A stretch of 64,000 nt of DNA from an uncultured archaeon (GTDB lineage Archaea; Asgardarchaeota; Thorarchaeia; Thorarchaeales; Thorarchaeaceae): the NCBI GenBank assembly GCA_964391265.1, contig CAYMLT010000001.1, positions 905 to 64,904 of the forward strand, read 5' to 3'. The position numbers and the translations under genes were made by a program. The notes below the pieces were generated by a model. It worked only from the letters and a program-made list of their open reading frames with translations, had not been told where the DNA came from and made no database searches. Position 1 is the stretch's first letter, and each line of letters starts with the position of its first letter. Positions 48,160 to 58,739 of this stretch are shown in pieces.

Positions 48160-50247
48160 ATGTCCGGCTACGAGGGAGGTGCGCAAGAACGATTCGAAGA
48201 ATTCTTGCGGACGCACAAGGATGAGCAAGGAAGCTTGGTTTATTGGTCAAAAATTCAACGATTTTCTATAGACGGAGCTACCTCTCTAAACATTGATTTT
48301 AAGGATATGACCACCTTTGATAATGTTGTTTTTAGCACGTTGGCAAAAGAGTCCCCATCCCAATTCCTAGATATGCTTGACTCCGTTCTCAGGTCCGTTC
48401 TGCGAACAGAAGACCCAGATTATATTGATGGACTTGATGAAAGCCTAATCAAGGTAAGAATAATCAATTACGTAAGTAAGACGACTCATGTACCTTTACG
48501 AGCGATTAGATCACGTCATATTGGAAAATTGATCCACATCAGTGGTATCATGATGCGTGCAAGTGAAGTAAAGCCACTGCTGGTTAATGCAACTTTCAAG
48601 TGTAGAAGATGTGGTGAACTTATTCTACAAACCCAAGAAGATGGACGCTATATGGAACCGGACCAGTGTCCTGTTTGTGGCAAGAAAACACCCGTGAGTT
48701 TGATTCCGGAACAATCAAAGTTCCGTGACTGGCAGAAAGTAAGAATACAAGAGTCTCCTGATGAGCTCCCTCCTGGTTCAATGCCTCGTTCAGTTGATGT
48801 GATACTGGAAGGTGATATAGTTGACATTTCCCGACCTGGGGATCTTGTAAAGGTAACTGGAATCCTGCTAACAACACCTGATTTTGCAAGAAGGGGCGGC
48901 AAGCTAGCAACATTCAATGTATATATTCAAGCAAATGGTGTTGAAATCGCTGAAAAAGAGTATGAGGAGTTGGAACTATCCGAAGACGATAAAGAAGAAC
49001 TCCAAAAGCTGGCCAATGACCCTTTTGTGCATAGACGAATTTATGCCTCAATAGCACCATCAATTCAGGGACATGAAAGAATTAAAGAATCAATTGCATT
49101 GCTTCTCTTCGGAGGAGTTGGAAAAACACTTCCTGATGGAACCCGACTGCGTGGACGTTCAAATATATTGATGATTGGCGATCCTGGAACAGGTAAAAGC
49201 CAGATACTAAAATTCATTTCAGGCCTTGCATCAAGGAGTCTATACACTTCCGGAAAAGGAACTACCGCAGCTGGCCTAACTGCTGCCGTAGTTCATGATA
49301 CAGATACCGGAGCAATGACTCTTGAAGCAGGAGCCCTTGTTCTAGCTGATCAAGGAATTGCATGTATAGATGAATTCGACAAAATGGATCCAAATGACAG
49401 AACGGCTATACATGAGGCTATGGAACAGCATACAGTAAGCATTGCGAAAGCTGGCATAGTCGCTACACTCAATGCCCGAACTTCTATATTGGCTGCCGCA
49501 AATCCAACGTTAGGAAGGTATGAACCATCACTATCTGTTCAAGAGAATATCAAATTACCATTTACAATTTTATCCAGATTCGATTTGACTTGGATTCTTG
49601 TTGATACAGTTGAACCGGAGCGCGATCGTGAAATAGCACAATTCATCCTAGGTATGCATCAAACGCAAAAAACGCCAGTAGAAGCAAAAACACCCCCTAT
49701 TCCTAAAGATTTTCTTAAGAAGTACATTGGTTATGCGAACAGATACGCTGAACAACCACAATTGACTACTGAAGCTAGTAAGATAATAGAAAATTTCTAT
49801 GTTGAGTTGCGAAAACAAGCAGAGGGAGGGGCAGGTCCAGTACCCATCACAGCTAGGCAATTAGAAGCACTGGTGCGTCTTGCAGAAGCTCGTGCTAAGA
49901 TGGCCCTCCGTCCAAAAGTAATAGAAGAAGATGCTCAAGCTGCAATAGAGCTTGTGGAAGCCTCTCTAAGGATGGTGGCTTATGATAGCGTAACTGGTAA
50001 AATCGACATTGATCGCTATATTTCTCCGATGAGTGCTTCCCAACGCGGTGACTCGGATAAAATTCTCAAGGTTATGAAAGATATGGAAGATGCTGGCACC
50101 TCAGTGGTTAATGAAGAGGAGCTACTTCGTAAAGTGGAGGGCATGGGTTTATCCCGGGATAGTGCTGAAAAAATCATTGCAAAATTGCATGATGAAGGCA
50201 TTCTGTACAATCCTGCACCGGGCAAGTGGAGCCGAGTCCAGAGCTAA
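48160..50247 (+). CDS. mcm: MCM replicative helicase
   Basis: Zinc finger C-x2-C-x18-C-x2-C, Walker A IGDPGTGKSQ, Walker B CIDEFDKM, arginine finger SRFDL. 695 aa with no intein. Confidence 0.9.
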   Translation: MSGYEGGAQERFEEFLRTHKDEQGSLVYWSKIQRFSIDGATSLNIDFKDMTTFDNVVFSTLAKESPSQFLDMLDSVLRSVLRTEDPDYIDGLDESLIKVRIINYVSKTTHVPLRAIRSRHIGKLIHISGIMMRASEVKPLLVNATFKCRRCGELILQTQEDGRYMEPDQCPVCGKKTPVSLIPEQSKFRDWQKVRIQESPDELPPGSMPRSVDVILEGDIVDISRPGDLVKVTGILLTTPDFARRGGKLATFNVYIQANGVEIAEKEYEELELSEDDKEELQKLANDPFVHRRIYASIAPSIQGHERIKESIALLLFGGVGKTLPDGTRLRGRSNILMIGDPGTGKSQILKFISGLASRSLYTSGKGTTAAGLTAAVVHDTDTGAMTLEAGALVLADQGIACIDEFDKMDPNDRTAIHEAMEQHTVSIAKAGIVATLNARTSILAAANPTLGRYEPSLSVQENIKLPFTILSRFDLTWILVDTVEPERDREIAQFILGMHQTQKTPVEAKTPPIPKDFLKKYIGYANRYAEQPQLTTEASKIIENFYVELRKQAEGGAGPVPITARQLEALVRLAEARAKMALRPKVIEEDAQAAIELVEASLRMVAYDSVTGKIDIDRYISPMSASQRGDSDKILKVMKDMEDAGTSVVNEEELLRKVEGMGLSRDSAEKIIAKLHDEGILYNPAPGKWSRVQS

Positions 50248-50286
50248 GTATTCCTAGCCAGATGAAATCTGTGGAGTGGAAGAGAA

Positions 50287-52506
50287 ATGCAACTGGATGA
50301 TTTATCAATTAATAGAAAAATAATTGACCTCCTGAAACAATCAGGAGTATCAACTCTATTTCCAACTCAAGAAAAGGCATTTGCGACTAAAGTACTTGAA
50401 GGCAAAAACCTCATACTAGCTGTTCCCACAAGTTCAGGAAAAACATTGGTTGCAGAGATATGCATGTTACGAAATATATTGGATGGATTGGGCAAGGCTC
50501 TATACCTTGTTCCTCTAAGATCTTTAGCACAAGAAAAGTACTTGGAATTCAAAAAATACGAAACCCTAGGCATAACAGTAGCAATGTCAATTGGCGACTA
50601 CGATTCAAAGGGAACCCAATTGGCTGAAGCAGATATAGTTATTCTAACAACCGAACGAGCTGACTCAATTATTAGACACAATCCCGATTGGATTCATGAA
50701 ATCGGCATAATTGTCGTTGACGAAATTCATCTGATAAACGATTCTTCCAGAGGTCCAACTTTGGAGATGGTTCTTGCCAAAATGCTTCAAATTTTGCCGG
50801 ATGTTCAAGTAGTAGGACTAAGTGCAACCATATCAAATGCTGATGAAATCGCAGGATGGCTCAATGCAGAGCTTGTAAAAGGCACTTGGCGACCTGTTGA
50901 GCTAAAAGAAGGAGTCTACCTTGATGGAGAAATCAAATTTGCTGACAGATCCACAAGGAGCATACCCCGAAAACGGAAGGATGAGATTGCAGATCTTATT
51001 TGTGACATTTTAGAAGAAAATGGACAGGTTCTAGTTTTTGTGTCATCTCGGAAATCAACGGTATCGGTATGCAAGAAGGTTGCTAGTTCTATTCGACCTT
51101 ACCTATCCAAGGAAAAACTGGGCTTGCTGAGTAGTGTTGCAAAACGCATTGCTAGCACTCCTACTATACCAGAGTCAACAAAGACACTCTCTCGGTTGGT
51201 AGGTATGGGTGTAGCATTTCATCATGCAGGCCTCACAAACCAAGAACGCAGCATAGTAGAGGATGGGTTTAAGAACGACCTTCTAAAAGTCATCGTTGCA
51301 ACACCAACTCTAGCCGCAGGTGTGAATCTCCCTGCACGCAGAGCAATAATTAGGGACTACCGTCGTTTTGAACAGAATCGCGGAAGCTATCCCATACCAG
51401 TCCTTGAATATAAACAGATGGCTGGTCGTGCTGGTCGCCCCAAGTATGATAAATATGGTGAAGCCATATTATTTTCCAGAAGCGAAAGCGAACAAGAATT
51501 CTTGCTTGAACACTACTTGTATTCAGAAACTGAATCAATTTCATCTAAACTGGCATCTCAGGAGGCTGTTCAGACACACATACTATCCGCAATCGCAACA
51601 GAGATGACAAAAAATCGAGCTGAAATTGATAAATTGATTGATGGAACATTCTTTTCATATCAATCCGAAAGATGGGAAATAGATCATCATGTAACCTCTG
51701 CTTTGGACTTCCTTGAACATGGCGACCTTATAGAAATAAATCAGGAACAAATGTATGCAACACCTCTTGGGCAACGGGCATCCAAGTTGTATATTCATCC
51801 ATATACAGCAATTATGCTGAGAGATGCCTTAACAAAAGCCCAAGAACTCACTGAGATAGGAATTCTACAATTAGTTGCCCATTGTCCTGACCAACCTCTT
51901 TCTTATGTAACACAATCCGAAGTGGAAGAAATTACCGCATATCTCGAAACTAATCATGACGAATTTCTGATGCCGATACCAGATAGTTGGGAAGACCCTG
52001 AAGGGTATTCCCGGCTATTGGCAGAAGTAAAAACAGCAAACATATTACAGGACTGGATTTCGGAAGTTTCAGAAACCAAGCTGACCGAACACCATAATGT
52101 TGGTATGGGCGATATCCATAGGTACGTAAGGTCCGCAGAATGGCTTCTGTACTCCGCAGCAGAAATAGCAAGAGTAGTGGGGGTACCTGAGCACATATCA
52201 ATCTTACAGACACTTAGATCTAGAGTAAAATACGGTATTAAGAACGAATTACTGGAGCTCGCAAATCTAAGAGGAATTGGTAGGGTTCGTGCAAGAATGA
52301 TGTATAATAACGGTATCAAAGGCTTAGTAGACCTCTATAATATATCACTGCCTAATCTTGCACGAATCCCAACTATTGGCACATCTATAGCAGCCTCGAT
52401 TAAAAGACAGCTAGGCTTAGATATAACAACTACTCCGGAAGATGATCCCGATGCATCCCACGGTCAAGATACTGATTCTCTTCAAACACTGCTGGAGGAT
52501 TTTTAG
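50287..52506 (+). CDS. hel308: Hel308/Hjm Ski2-like DNA helicase
   Basis: Q-motif FPTQ, motif I PTSSGKT, DEIH, and the C-terminal winged-helix, ratchet and HhH domains. 739 aa. Confidence 0.85.
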   Translation: MQLDDLSINRKIIDLLKQSGVSTLFPTQEKAFATKVLEGKNLILAVPTSSGKTLVAEICMLRNILDGLGKALYLVPLRSLAQEKYLEFKKYETLGITVAMSIGDYDSKGTQLAEADIVILTTERADSIIRHNPDWIHEIGIIVVDEIHLINDSSRGPTLEMVLAKMLQILPDVQVVGLSATISNADEIAGWLNAELVKGTWRPVELKEGVYLDGEIKFADRSTRSIPRKRKDEIADLICDILEENGQVLVFVSSRKSTVSVCKKVASSIRPYLSKEKLGLLSSVAKRIASTPTIPESTKTLSRLVGMGVAFHHAGLTNQERSIVEDGFKNDLLKVIVATPTLAAGVNLPARRAIIRDYRRFEQNRGSYPIPVLEYKQMAGRAGRPKYDKYGEAILFSRSESEQEFLLEHYLYSETESISSKLASQEAVQTHILSAIATEMTKNRAEIDKLIDGTFFSYQSERWEIDHHVTSALDFLEHGDLIEINQEQMYATPLGQRASKLYIHPYTAIMLRDALTKAQELTEIGILQLVAHCPDQPLSYVTQSEVEEITAYLETNHDEFLMPIPDSWEDPEGYSRLLAEVKTANILQDWISEVSETKLTEHHNVGMGDIHRYVRSAEWLLYSAAEIARVVGVPEHISILQTLRSRVKYGIKNELLELANLRGIGRVRARMMYNNGIKGLVDLYNISLPNLARIPTIGTSIAASIKRQLGLDITTTPEDDPDASHGQDTDSLQTLLEDF

Positions 52507-52513
52507 GCTCTCA

Positions 52514-53614
52514 TCACAGATGCATTTCCAAAATACTTCCTTTGAGAACATCGATGAGTTTTTCATTATATTCAGTGCAAGTTTTACTTTCTCTGTAGCT
52601 ATCGTTAAACTGTGTAATACTGCTTCCACACATTACCTCAACAAGGTTAAGTGAGCCCCGTCCCATTGCTGTGAGATTGTATCCTCCCTCTAAGAATGTA
52701 ACAATTCTCCCCCTTGAGTGCTTATCAGCAATATTCTTTATTCTTGAGTTAATCATAGCAAGACCAGCTGTAGTCAAACCCAAATTGGTTAGTGGATCTT
52801 CAAAATGCGCATCAAATCCAGCTGAAACCAAAACAATTTCTGGCATGAATGAATCTGCAATAGGTTCTATTATTTCATCAAAGGCCAAGTTATACGATGC
52901 ATCTCCAGCACCTGGATACATTGCCAGATTGACGTTGTATCCTCTGCCCTTGCCACTACCAATCTCATCTGGAAATCCAGAACCTGGGAAAAGTGTGCGT
53001 CCATCTTGATGCATTCCAATGTATAGAACATCATCTCTATCATAGAATGCATCTTGAGTACCGTTACCATGATGAGCGTCATAATCTAGTATCAGTATTC
53101 TCTTGATTCCACATTCTGAAGTGAGATGATGTGCGGCTACTGCAATGTTATTGATGAAACAAAAACCAAAAGCGCGAGCGGTTTCTGCATGATGCCCCGG
53201 AGGACGACATAGAACAAAGGCGTTTGTGCATACTCCTTCAACTACTCGATCTACTGCCATAATTCCACCCCCTGCTGCTAGAAGTGCGGCTTCGTAGGTA
53301 AATTCATTTACAGACGTATCCAGTGTAAAAAATCCGCCGCCTTTCTCTGACTTCTCACGTATTTGGTCTAGATATGACTGATGATGCAAAGGACGAATAG
53401 CATTCAAATTTGCTTTCTCAGCTGTAACAATGTTCACACTATCTGTATCGAAGAGTCCTGCCTCCCTAATGTATTTCAGAGCAGACATCAAACGTTCCGG
53501 GCTTTCCGGATGACCTGGTTGCAGTACATGCTTAGTGAATAGTTCGTGATATACGATGTCTGTAGTCATTATAATTGCACCACCTGAGCCACCTAAACCA
53601 TATGCCGCCACCAC
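52514..53614 (-). CDS. Histone deacetylase / acetoin-utilization AcuC family deacetylase
   Basis: Conserved HDAC pattern (GFCFINNIAVAAHHL) and metal-binding residues (DYDAHHGNG). GTG start. A GAACACGTGTTC palindrome lies 20 bp upstream. Confidence 0.8.
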   Translation of the reverse strand: MVAAYGLGGSGGAIIMTTDIVYHELFTKHVLQPGHPESPERLMSALKYIREAGLFDTDSVNIVTAEKANLNAIRPLHHQSYLDQIREKSEKGGGFFTLDTSVNEFTYEAALLAAGGGIMAVDRVVEGVCTNAFVLCRPPGHHAETARAFGFCFINNIAVAAHHLTSECGIKRILILDYDAHHGNGTQDAFYDRDDVLYIGMHQDGRTLFPGSGFPDEIGSGKGRGYNVNLAMYPGAGDASYNLAFDEIIEPIADSFMPEIVLVSAGFDAHFEDPLTNLGLTTAGLAMINSRIKNIADKHSRGRIVTFLEGGYNLTAMGRGSLNLVEVMCGSSITQFNDSYRESKTCTEYNEKLIDVLKGSILEMHL

Positions 53615-53633
53615 ATAAATACCAATATATTTG

Positions 53634-53645
53634 GAACACGTGTTC
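53634..53645. promoter_or_regulatory. GAACACGTGTTC palindrome immediately upstream of the deacetylase gene
   Basis: Exact 12-mer, 20 bp from the GTG start codon. Confidence 0.35.
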
Positions 53646-53747
53646 TAAATGTTCATCATCGTTCAAAGTAAAAACAAACTGATGTTTGGTAATCTTTATC
53701 TTCAATTCGTATCAGCTTAGCGTCAGGCTATATAGGCTTTGAAATAT

Positions 53748-53882
53748 GGGTCGGTAGTCTAGATTGGTATGATTCATGCTTGGGGTGGTACTGAACTTTT
53801 CGTCGGTATCCCAACATGCATGAGATCGGGAGTTCAAATCCCCTCAGGATTTCCCTTCGGGGTGAAGATCTCCCCCGGCCCA
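53748..53882 (+). tRNA. tRNA-Pro (anticodon GGG) with two introns: canonical 37/38 (about 31 nt, 53786-53816) and non-canonical T-loop 59/60 (about 30 nt, 53840-53869). CCA encoded at 53883-53885
   Basis: Exons fold by hand: acceptor GGGUCGG/CCGGCCC, anticodon stem CAUGC/GCAUG with loop UUGGGG, T-stem GGGAG/CUCCC with loop UUCAAAU interrupted by 30 nt. Confidence 0.6.
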
Positions 53883-54004
53883 CCACATAACTATTGTTAA
53901 TTTGTTTTATTAGCCTGATGCAGATTCCATGCAATTCGTGAGAAATCTACTGTATTGCTCAAGCCATTGCACCAATTTTCGACATTTTCAACAAAGCGCA
54001 CAAT

Positions 54005-54577
54005 CTATTGATTAGGTACTTCCCATAGGGTTTCATAGATAGGACCTGATGGTGTTAGCGTGCTTTTTGTCATTCTTATACCATTGACAGTCATTGTTCC
54101 AACAGTTTCATCAGATAGGCTTTGTAAATTCTCAAAAATGCCATCACGATTGCTTACTGCTCTCACCCGAGCTATTGTGGCATGCGGAATGAATTTCTTC
54201 TTCTCAATCTTATATCCGAGTTTAGCCAACAAAGAATCAGTTTGATTTTTCAAATCCCTCACCAACTCAGTGTTCTGTTCTACACCAACCCAAATGACTC
54301 TTGGTCGTCGAATACTTGGAAAAGCACCAATACCACCTATTACAATATCAAATGGGGCTATTTCGATGTGACTCATCTCGGAACGAATCGCGTTCACGCT
54401 CTCTACTGGAGTATCTCCAAAGAATCGCCAAGTAAAATGAATATTCTCTCGTTCTACCAACTTCATTTTTGCTGATTGAGAATCAAGCTGGGACTGGAGT
54501 GATTGAATTCTAGATAATAAAACATCATCATCGATATCAACACTTAGAAAGACACGAACATTATCAGTCAAATACAT
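54005..54577 (-). CDS. thpR: RNA 2',3'-cyclic phosphodiesterase (2H phosphoesterase, ThpR/LigT)
   Basis: Two H-x-T-x motifs (HFTWRF and HATIAR). Confidence 0.75.
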   Translation of the reverse strand: MYLTDNVRVFLSVDIDDDVLLSRIQSLQSQLDSQSAKMKLVERENIHFTWRFFGDTPVESVNAIRSEMSHIEIAPFDIVIGGIGAFPSIRRPRVIWVGVEQNTELVRDLKNQTDSLLAKLGYKIEKKKFIPHATIARVRAVSNRDGIFENLQSLSDETVGTMTVNGIRMTKSTLTPSGPIYETLWEVPNQ

Positions 54578-54691
54578 CTACTCCAGTTAGATAGTACTGA
54601 ACAACTATTGCTTCATTAGGATAGTGGTAGAATCCCCTACGGTAATTCTTAAAGCACAACCAGCTGATGTCCGGTTGGTGTAACAAGGCAG

Positions 54692-55819
54692 TTGAAGAAG
54701 CGAAAAGACTCTGGAATCGATGTTGTTGCTCCGTCACGAGATACAGGAACAAAAACTGTAAAGAAACACAATCTCGAAGTTCCCAAGGCCAAAGAGTTGG
54801 TTCTTATTGATATTGGCTATCCGTTCAGGATGAAAGGGGATCCAAAACCCGCGGGATTAGAAGTAGATAACGCGGAGCTTTTTGCAGACTATGCAAGAGA
54901 ACAATGGACTGGTACGGTTGTACGAAGGGACATGTATTTGTTTGATAGGTATATCATTCCTGATTTTGCATTCCAAGTGTTACAAGCAAATCCACCAGAA
55001 TCTATAATCACAGGAAAGACCAAGATAATCCTGAAACCAAATAAAACGGACCCAACTATCCCCGGTCGTATCATTGGACTGAGTGACGTCATCGGGCATG
55101 AAACTGTAAAACAAAAGTGTCGCATTATTCTCAGTTATCTTGCTGACCCATCACGTTTCGGAGAGTGGGCTCCACGAGCGGTCCTTTTTCATGGCGCCCC
55201 AGGAACAGGAAAAACATTAACTGCACGAGCTTTAGCGCATGAGGCTGACGCAAGTTTCATGATTTCAAAGGCATCTGATCTTATTGGAACACATGTTGGT
55301 GATGGCGGTCGTCGAATAAGCTCACTATTCGAAGAAGCGAGGAAAAAGGCGCCTTGTATTGTATTTATTGACGAACTGGATGCGATTGGTTTGGCGCGTT
55401 CATTTCAATCCATCCGTGGTGATGTTTCAGAAGTTGTTACAGCCCTATTAGGGGAGCTTGATCAATCCGATGAGGATTCTGGCGTTGTTATCATTGGTGC
55501 CACCAATGCCGTATCATTAATTGATAATGCAATAAGGAGTAGATTTGATTCTGCATTTACATTTCAGTTACCCAATGCCGAAGAACGTCTAAGAATTCTA
55601 AAAATGTACGCCGAACGCCTTCCAATTCCGATAAACTTTGATTTACATTCATTGATTAATCTAACAGATGGTTTTTCTGGTAGAGATCTCAGGGATAAGG
55701 TGCTTAAGGAGGCTTTACATCGAACAATATCTGAGGATGCCACAGAGATATCCTTTGAAACAGTCACCAACATAATCAAAGGACTGGAAAAGAGAAAGAG
55801 TCCGGACTATATGGTGTAA
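54692..55819 (+). CDS. AAA family ATPase (single AAA module, unknown N-domain)
   Basis: GAPGTGKT, IVFIDELD, and a second region of homology. Confidence 0.6.
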   Translation: MKKRKDSGIDVVAPSRDTGTKTVKKHNLEVPKAKELVLIDIGYPFRMKGDPKPAGLEVDNAELFADYAREQWTGTVVRRDMYLFDRYIIPDFAFQVLQANPPESIITGKTKIILKPNKTDPTIPGRIIGLSDVIGHETVKQKCRIILSYLADPSRFGEWAPRAVLFHGAPGTGKTLTARALAHEADASFMISKASDLIGTHVGDGGRRISSLFEEARKKAPCIVFIDELDAIGLARSFQSIRGDVSEVVTALLGELDQSDEDSGVVIIGATNAVSLIDNAIRSRFDSAFTFQLPNAEERLRILKMYAERLPIPINFDLHSLINLTDGFSGRDLRDKVLKEALHRTISEDATEISFETVTNIIKGLEKRKSPDYMV

Positions 55820-55836
55820 ATCATACCTCTATACCA

Positions 55837-56391
55837 ATGGGGAAAAAAGACATGCAACTTGTATTGATATCCGGAATGCCTGGGGCTGGAAAGAGCGTAT
55901 TAGCAGAAGAATTTCGATCTGCAGGAGTTCCAGTCATTATTATGGGCGACATCATTCGAAATGAAGCGAAACGAAGAGGTTTGGAACCAAATCCTGCCAA
56001 TACCAAGAAGGTAATGCTTGATTTACGAGCACAGGATGGAATGGGAGCTGTAGCTAAGCGATGTGTGAGAGCTCTCAAAGATGAAAAAACTAGTACAGTC
56101 GCTATTGAGGGATGCCGAAGTATTGCCGAAATTGATGTTTTTGATGCTTACGCAGAGGACCTGAAAATAATATCTGTTCACTCGTCCCCAGCAGTCAGGT
56201 TTGAGCGTCTGAAAAATCGTGGCAGAGACGACGCTCCTCAAGAGTGGGAAACATTTCGAGAACGCGATCTGCGCGAAATATCAGTGGGCCTTGGCGGAGT
56301 TATAGCATTAAGTGATATTATGCTGGTGAACGAAGGGTCTCTTGAGGTTTTTCAAAAAGACATACAGAACACAGTTAAGAGGTTCATATGA
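55837..56391 (+). CDS. P-loop nucleotide kinase-like protein (adenylate-kinase fold, archaeal UPF0200-like)
   Basis: LISGMPGAGKS near the N-terminus; 184 aa. Confidence 0.4.
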   Translation: MGKKDMQLVLISGMPGAGKSVLAEEFRSAGVPVIIMGDIIRNEAKRRGLEPNPANTKKVMLDLRAQDGMGAVAKRCVRALKDEKTSTVAIEGCRSIAEIDVFDAYAEDLKIISVHSSPAVRFERLKNRGRDDAPQEWETFRERDLREISVGLGGVIALSDIMLVNEGSLEVFQKDIQNTVKRFI

Positions 56392-56392
56392 C

Positions 56393-56815
56393 ATGCGAAT
56401 AATCATCCGTTGCCCCTTCTTTCCAACTGAAGCAAGTGATTTGGTCACAAATGCAATTCACCATATAGTTCCAAATGTGGAATTAGGCTCTATAAAAGGA
56501 ACAGAATGCATATGGATACAAAGTGAGGAAATGAATGAATCGGTTTTAGTCCCTCTCCGAGAAATGATACATGAAAACAGGATAATCGATGCAGCAAGAA
56601 AGACGCTCAGGAAAAGTTGGACCGGGACCACTGCGATTATGAAGTTAGACAAACAAGCTGCATGCTATCAAAAGCTTCGATTGGTCGACCAATCTGAAAG
56701 CCCTCCCCTTGGTACAATTGATATCATAATCTCCTTTGAGGATGATAATCAATACGATAATTTTCTAACATGGTTTACACCCCCAACAAAAGATGGAAAA
56801 ATCGTAAGAGGTTAG
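56393..56815 (+). CDS. Conserved archaeal protein coupled to the kinase gene (UPF0201-like?)
   Basis: ATG at 56393 sits 2 nt after the stop of the previous gene. The ORF-track start at 56342 overlaps and is less likely. Confidence 0.3.
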   Translation: MRIIIRCPFFPTEASDLVTNAIHHIVPNVELGSIKGTECIWIQSEEMNESVLVPLREMIHENRIIDAARKTLRKSWTGTTAIMKLDKQAACYQKLRLVDQSESPPLGTIDIIISFEDDNQYDNFLTWFTPPTKDGKIVRG

Positions 56816-57894
56816 AGTTCCACGGCGATAATGTTACGAGTCAATCCACTGTGTACTGGAATCAGCATATCATATTTAACATTCAATCCAGCGTCATCGA
56901 AAAGATTCCTCATATTCATTTCTTGACTGCCACATATGCAGATTTTACCCCTAGGTTCAATAAAATCGACTGATTGTTCTATTAATGAGTTAACGAGACG
57001 GACAGCATTCTCTCCACGAGTTGAGCTTGTTCTACCATATGGAGGATCAGTGACAATAGAATCCATACGAGCAACCGGAATTTTTCTGGAATCTCCTTGG
57101 ATTAGTGAAAAATCAGAAATATTGAGATTAATGAGATTTTTCTGAGCTCCTTTGAGGAGCTTCCAATTCATATCAATCCCAGTTACTTGTGCACCAATTA
57201 GCGCAGCCTCGCAAAGAATGCCCCCACCTCCACAAAAAGGATCCAATACAGATTGGTTTGGTTGCACACTGGCCAAGTTACACATGACTCGGGCAAGCAA
57301 TGCATTCATCATGCTCGGATGGAAGAACGCTCTTGTATTTGGATTCCGTTGCGTAAGGGCCTGTCGTTGATACGATCTGAATGTTTCACATAGGACTGCC
57401 TTGTCGTGTATTATATTAACAACAATATTCACATCTGGATGACTAAGCGAAACAGAAGCTCGGGTAACATCCTGAATTCTTTTTCCCACATCAATTATGA
57501 ATTGTTGTTTCTCTTCTTCTTCGAAAAGATAATCTGTTGTGTAATTCCTTACAGAAAAGCTTCGTTTCGCGTTCAGAATATCTGTCAAAGGTTCATTTGT
57601 TATTCCATTAAGTAAGGCTTCAGGGTCACTACCCTCATACAATACGTATCCAGCTTCTCTTACCAAGGCCGCTCTGCTAAGAAGAAAGGGAATAGGATCT
57701 GGTTTGCATTTAATGAATCCTAATCTTCCATGCCAACAGATACCAACACCGATAGAATGAAGGTCAACTAATGATTCAATTTCGGCTCGTGCTAGTTCGA
57801 TATCACTTCCGGAAATATGCACATAATATTTGAACACAGACCCATCACTCGTAGAGATTATCGCCACCAAGGAGTATCCTCTGAAATTCACCAT
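56812..57894 (-). CDS. THUMP-domain tRNA (guanine-N2)-methyltransferase (Trm14/TrmN-like)
   Basis: N-terminal THUMP domain, DPFCGGGG SAM motif and DPPYG catalytic motif. Confidence 0.75.
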   Translation of the reverse strand: MVNFRGYSLVAIISTSDGSVFKYYVHISGSDIELARAEIESLVDLHSIGVGICWHGRLGFIKCKPDPIPFLLSRAALVREAGYVLYEGSDPEALLNGITNEPLTDILNAKRSFSVRNYTTDYLFEEEEKQQFIIDVGKRIQDVTRASVSLSHPDVNIVVNIIHDKAVLCETFRSYQRQALTQRNPNTRAFFHPSMMNALLARVMCNLASVQPNQSVLDPFCGGGGILCEAALIGAQVTGIDMNWKLLKGAQKNLINLNISDFSLIQGDSRKIPVARMDSIVTDPPYGRTSSTRGENAVRLVNSLIEQSVDFIEPRGKICICGSQEMNMRNLFDDAGLNVKYDMLIPVHSGLTRNIIAVEL

Positions 57895-58609
57895 AGAGTG
57901 TTTCGAAACCAGTTACCTGCTTGCCGGAAACAGGTATCACACTTGGCCCGCCCCCCATGTCGTCCAACATTCTTAGCACAAACGAAGAGAATTCACGCAC
58001 CAATCCACTTGAGGAGGCATTAAGAGCCTCCTCAAGACGGTATGGTTCCGCAGACCACTCAACGATGTCAGCAATCTCCACATCAGAGAGAATATCAGCC
58101 TTACTAAGTAGGTTGAGTTGAGGAAGGCCAAAACGGATATTTAATGAAAAACCGAGGAGCATGGAAGCGAGATACCCATCCGGTTGTCGGGCGATATTGG
58201 AATCAAGAAGATACAGTGATAATGCAGGGTCCTGACCGGCCAAGGAGGACACCATGAGTGGGCCTGAATTGCGATAGGCAAAGAGTTCCATCTGTCCTGG
58301 ACAATCAACAATGACATAGTCTCGACCCAGGTCTGCAATCTCTTCACGTAAGTCATTCGCACTGCCGACCGCCATATCCAAGGAAGCGACAAGAGCACCA
58401 TTAGGTCCGAGGCCAAACTGTTGCATGATATCCCCGTAGTCTACATAGTCACGGATATCGACATCAGAAGTGTAGGGAGGAGATTCTACACCCGGATCAA
58501 GGTTTACGATAGCAACACTAACCCCGGATGACACAAGCCAGTCCTCAAGAGAGGCTGACAAGATGGACTTACCTGCACCAGCAGTTCCAACAACGAACAA
58601 GAAGAACAT
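57845..58609 (-). CDS. GPN-loop GTPase
   Basis: GTAGAGKS P-loop, the LGPNGAL GPN motif and DCPGQ. Start trimmed to the third Met. Confidence 0.75.
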   Translation of the reverse strand: MFFLFVVGTAGAGKSILSASLEDWLVSSGVSVAIVNLDPGVESPPYTSDVDIRDYVDYGDIMQQFGLGPNGALVASLDMAVGSANDLREEIADLGRDYVIVDCPGQMELFAYRNSGPLMVSSLAGQDPALSLYLLDSNIARQPDGYLASMLLGFSLNIRFGLPQLNLLSKADILSDVEIADIVEWSAEPYRLEEALNASSSGLVREFSSFVLRMLDDMGGGPSVIPVSGKQVTGFETLYGEFQRILLGGDNLYE

Positions 58610-58739
58610 GAACCATAGCCACACCATCAAGTGCTTTGAGTGCTTTGGTCAGGACGTCTTGGAGGGGAATTCGACTCTTGACGAATTGCGTGTACAGCCT
58701 TTGAACAATGCTTATCTTATCCAGCGAGAATATCAGTAT

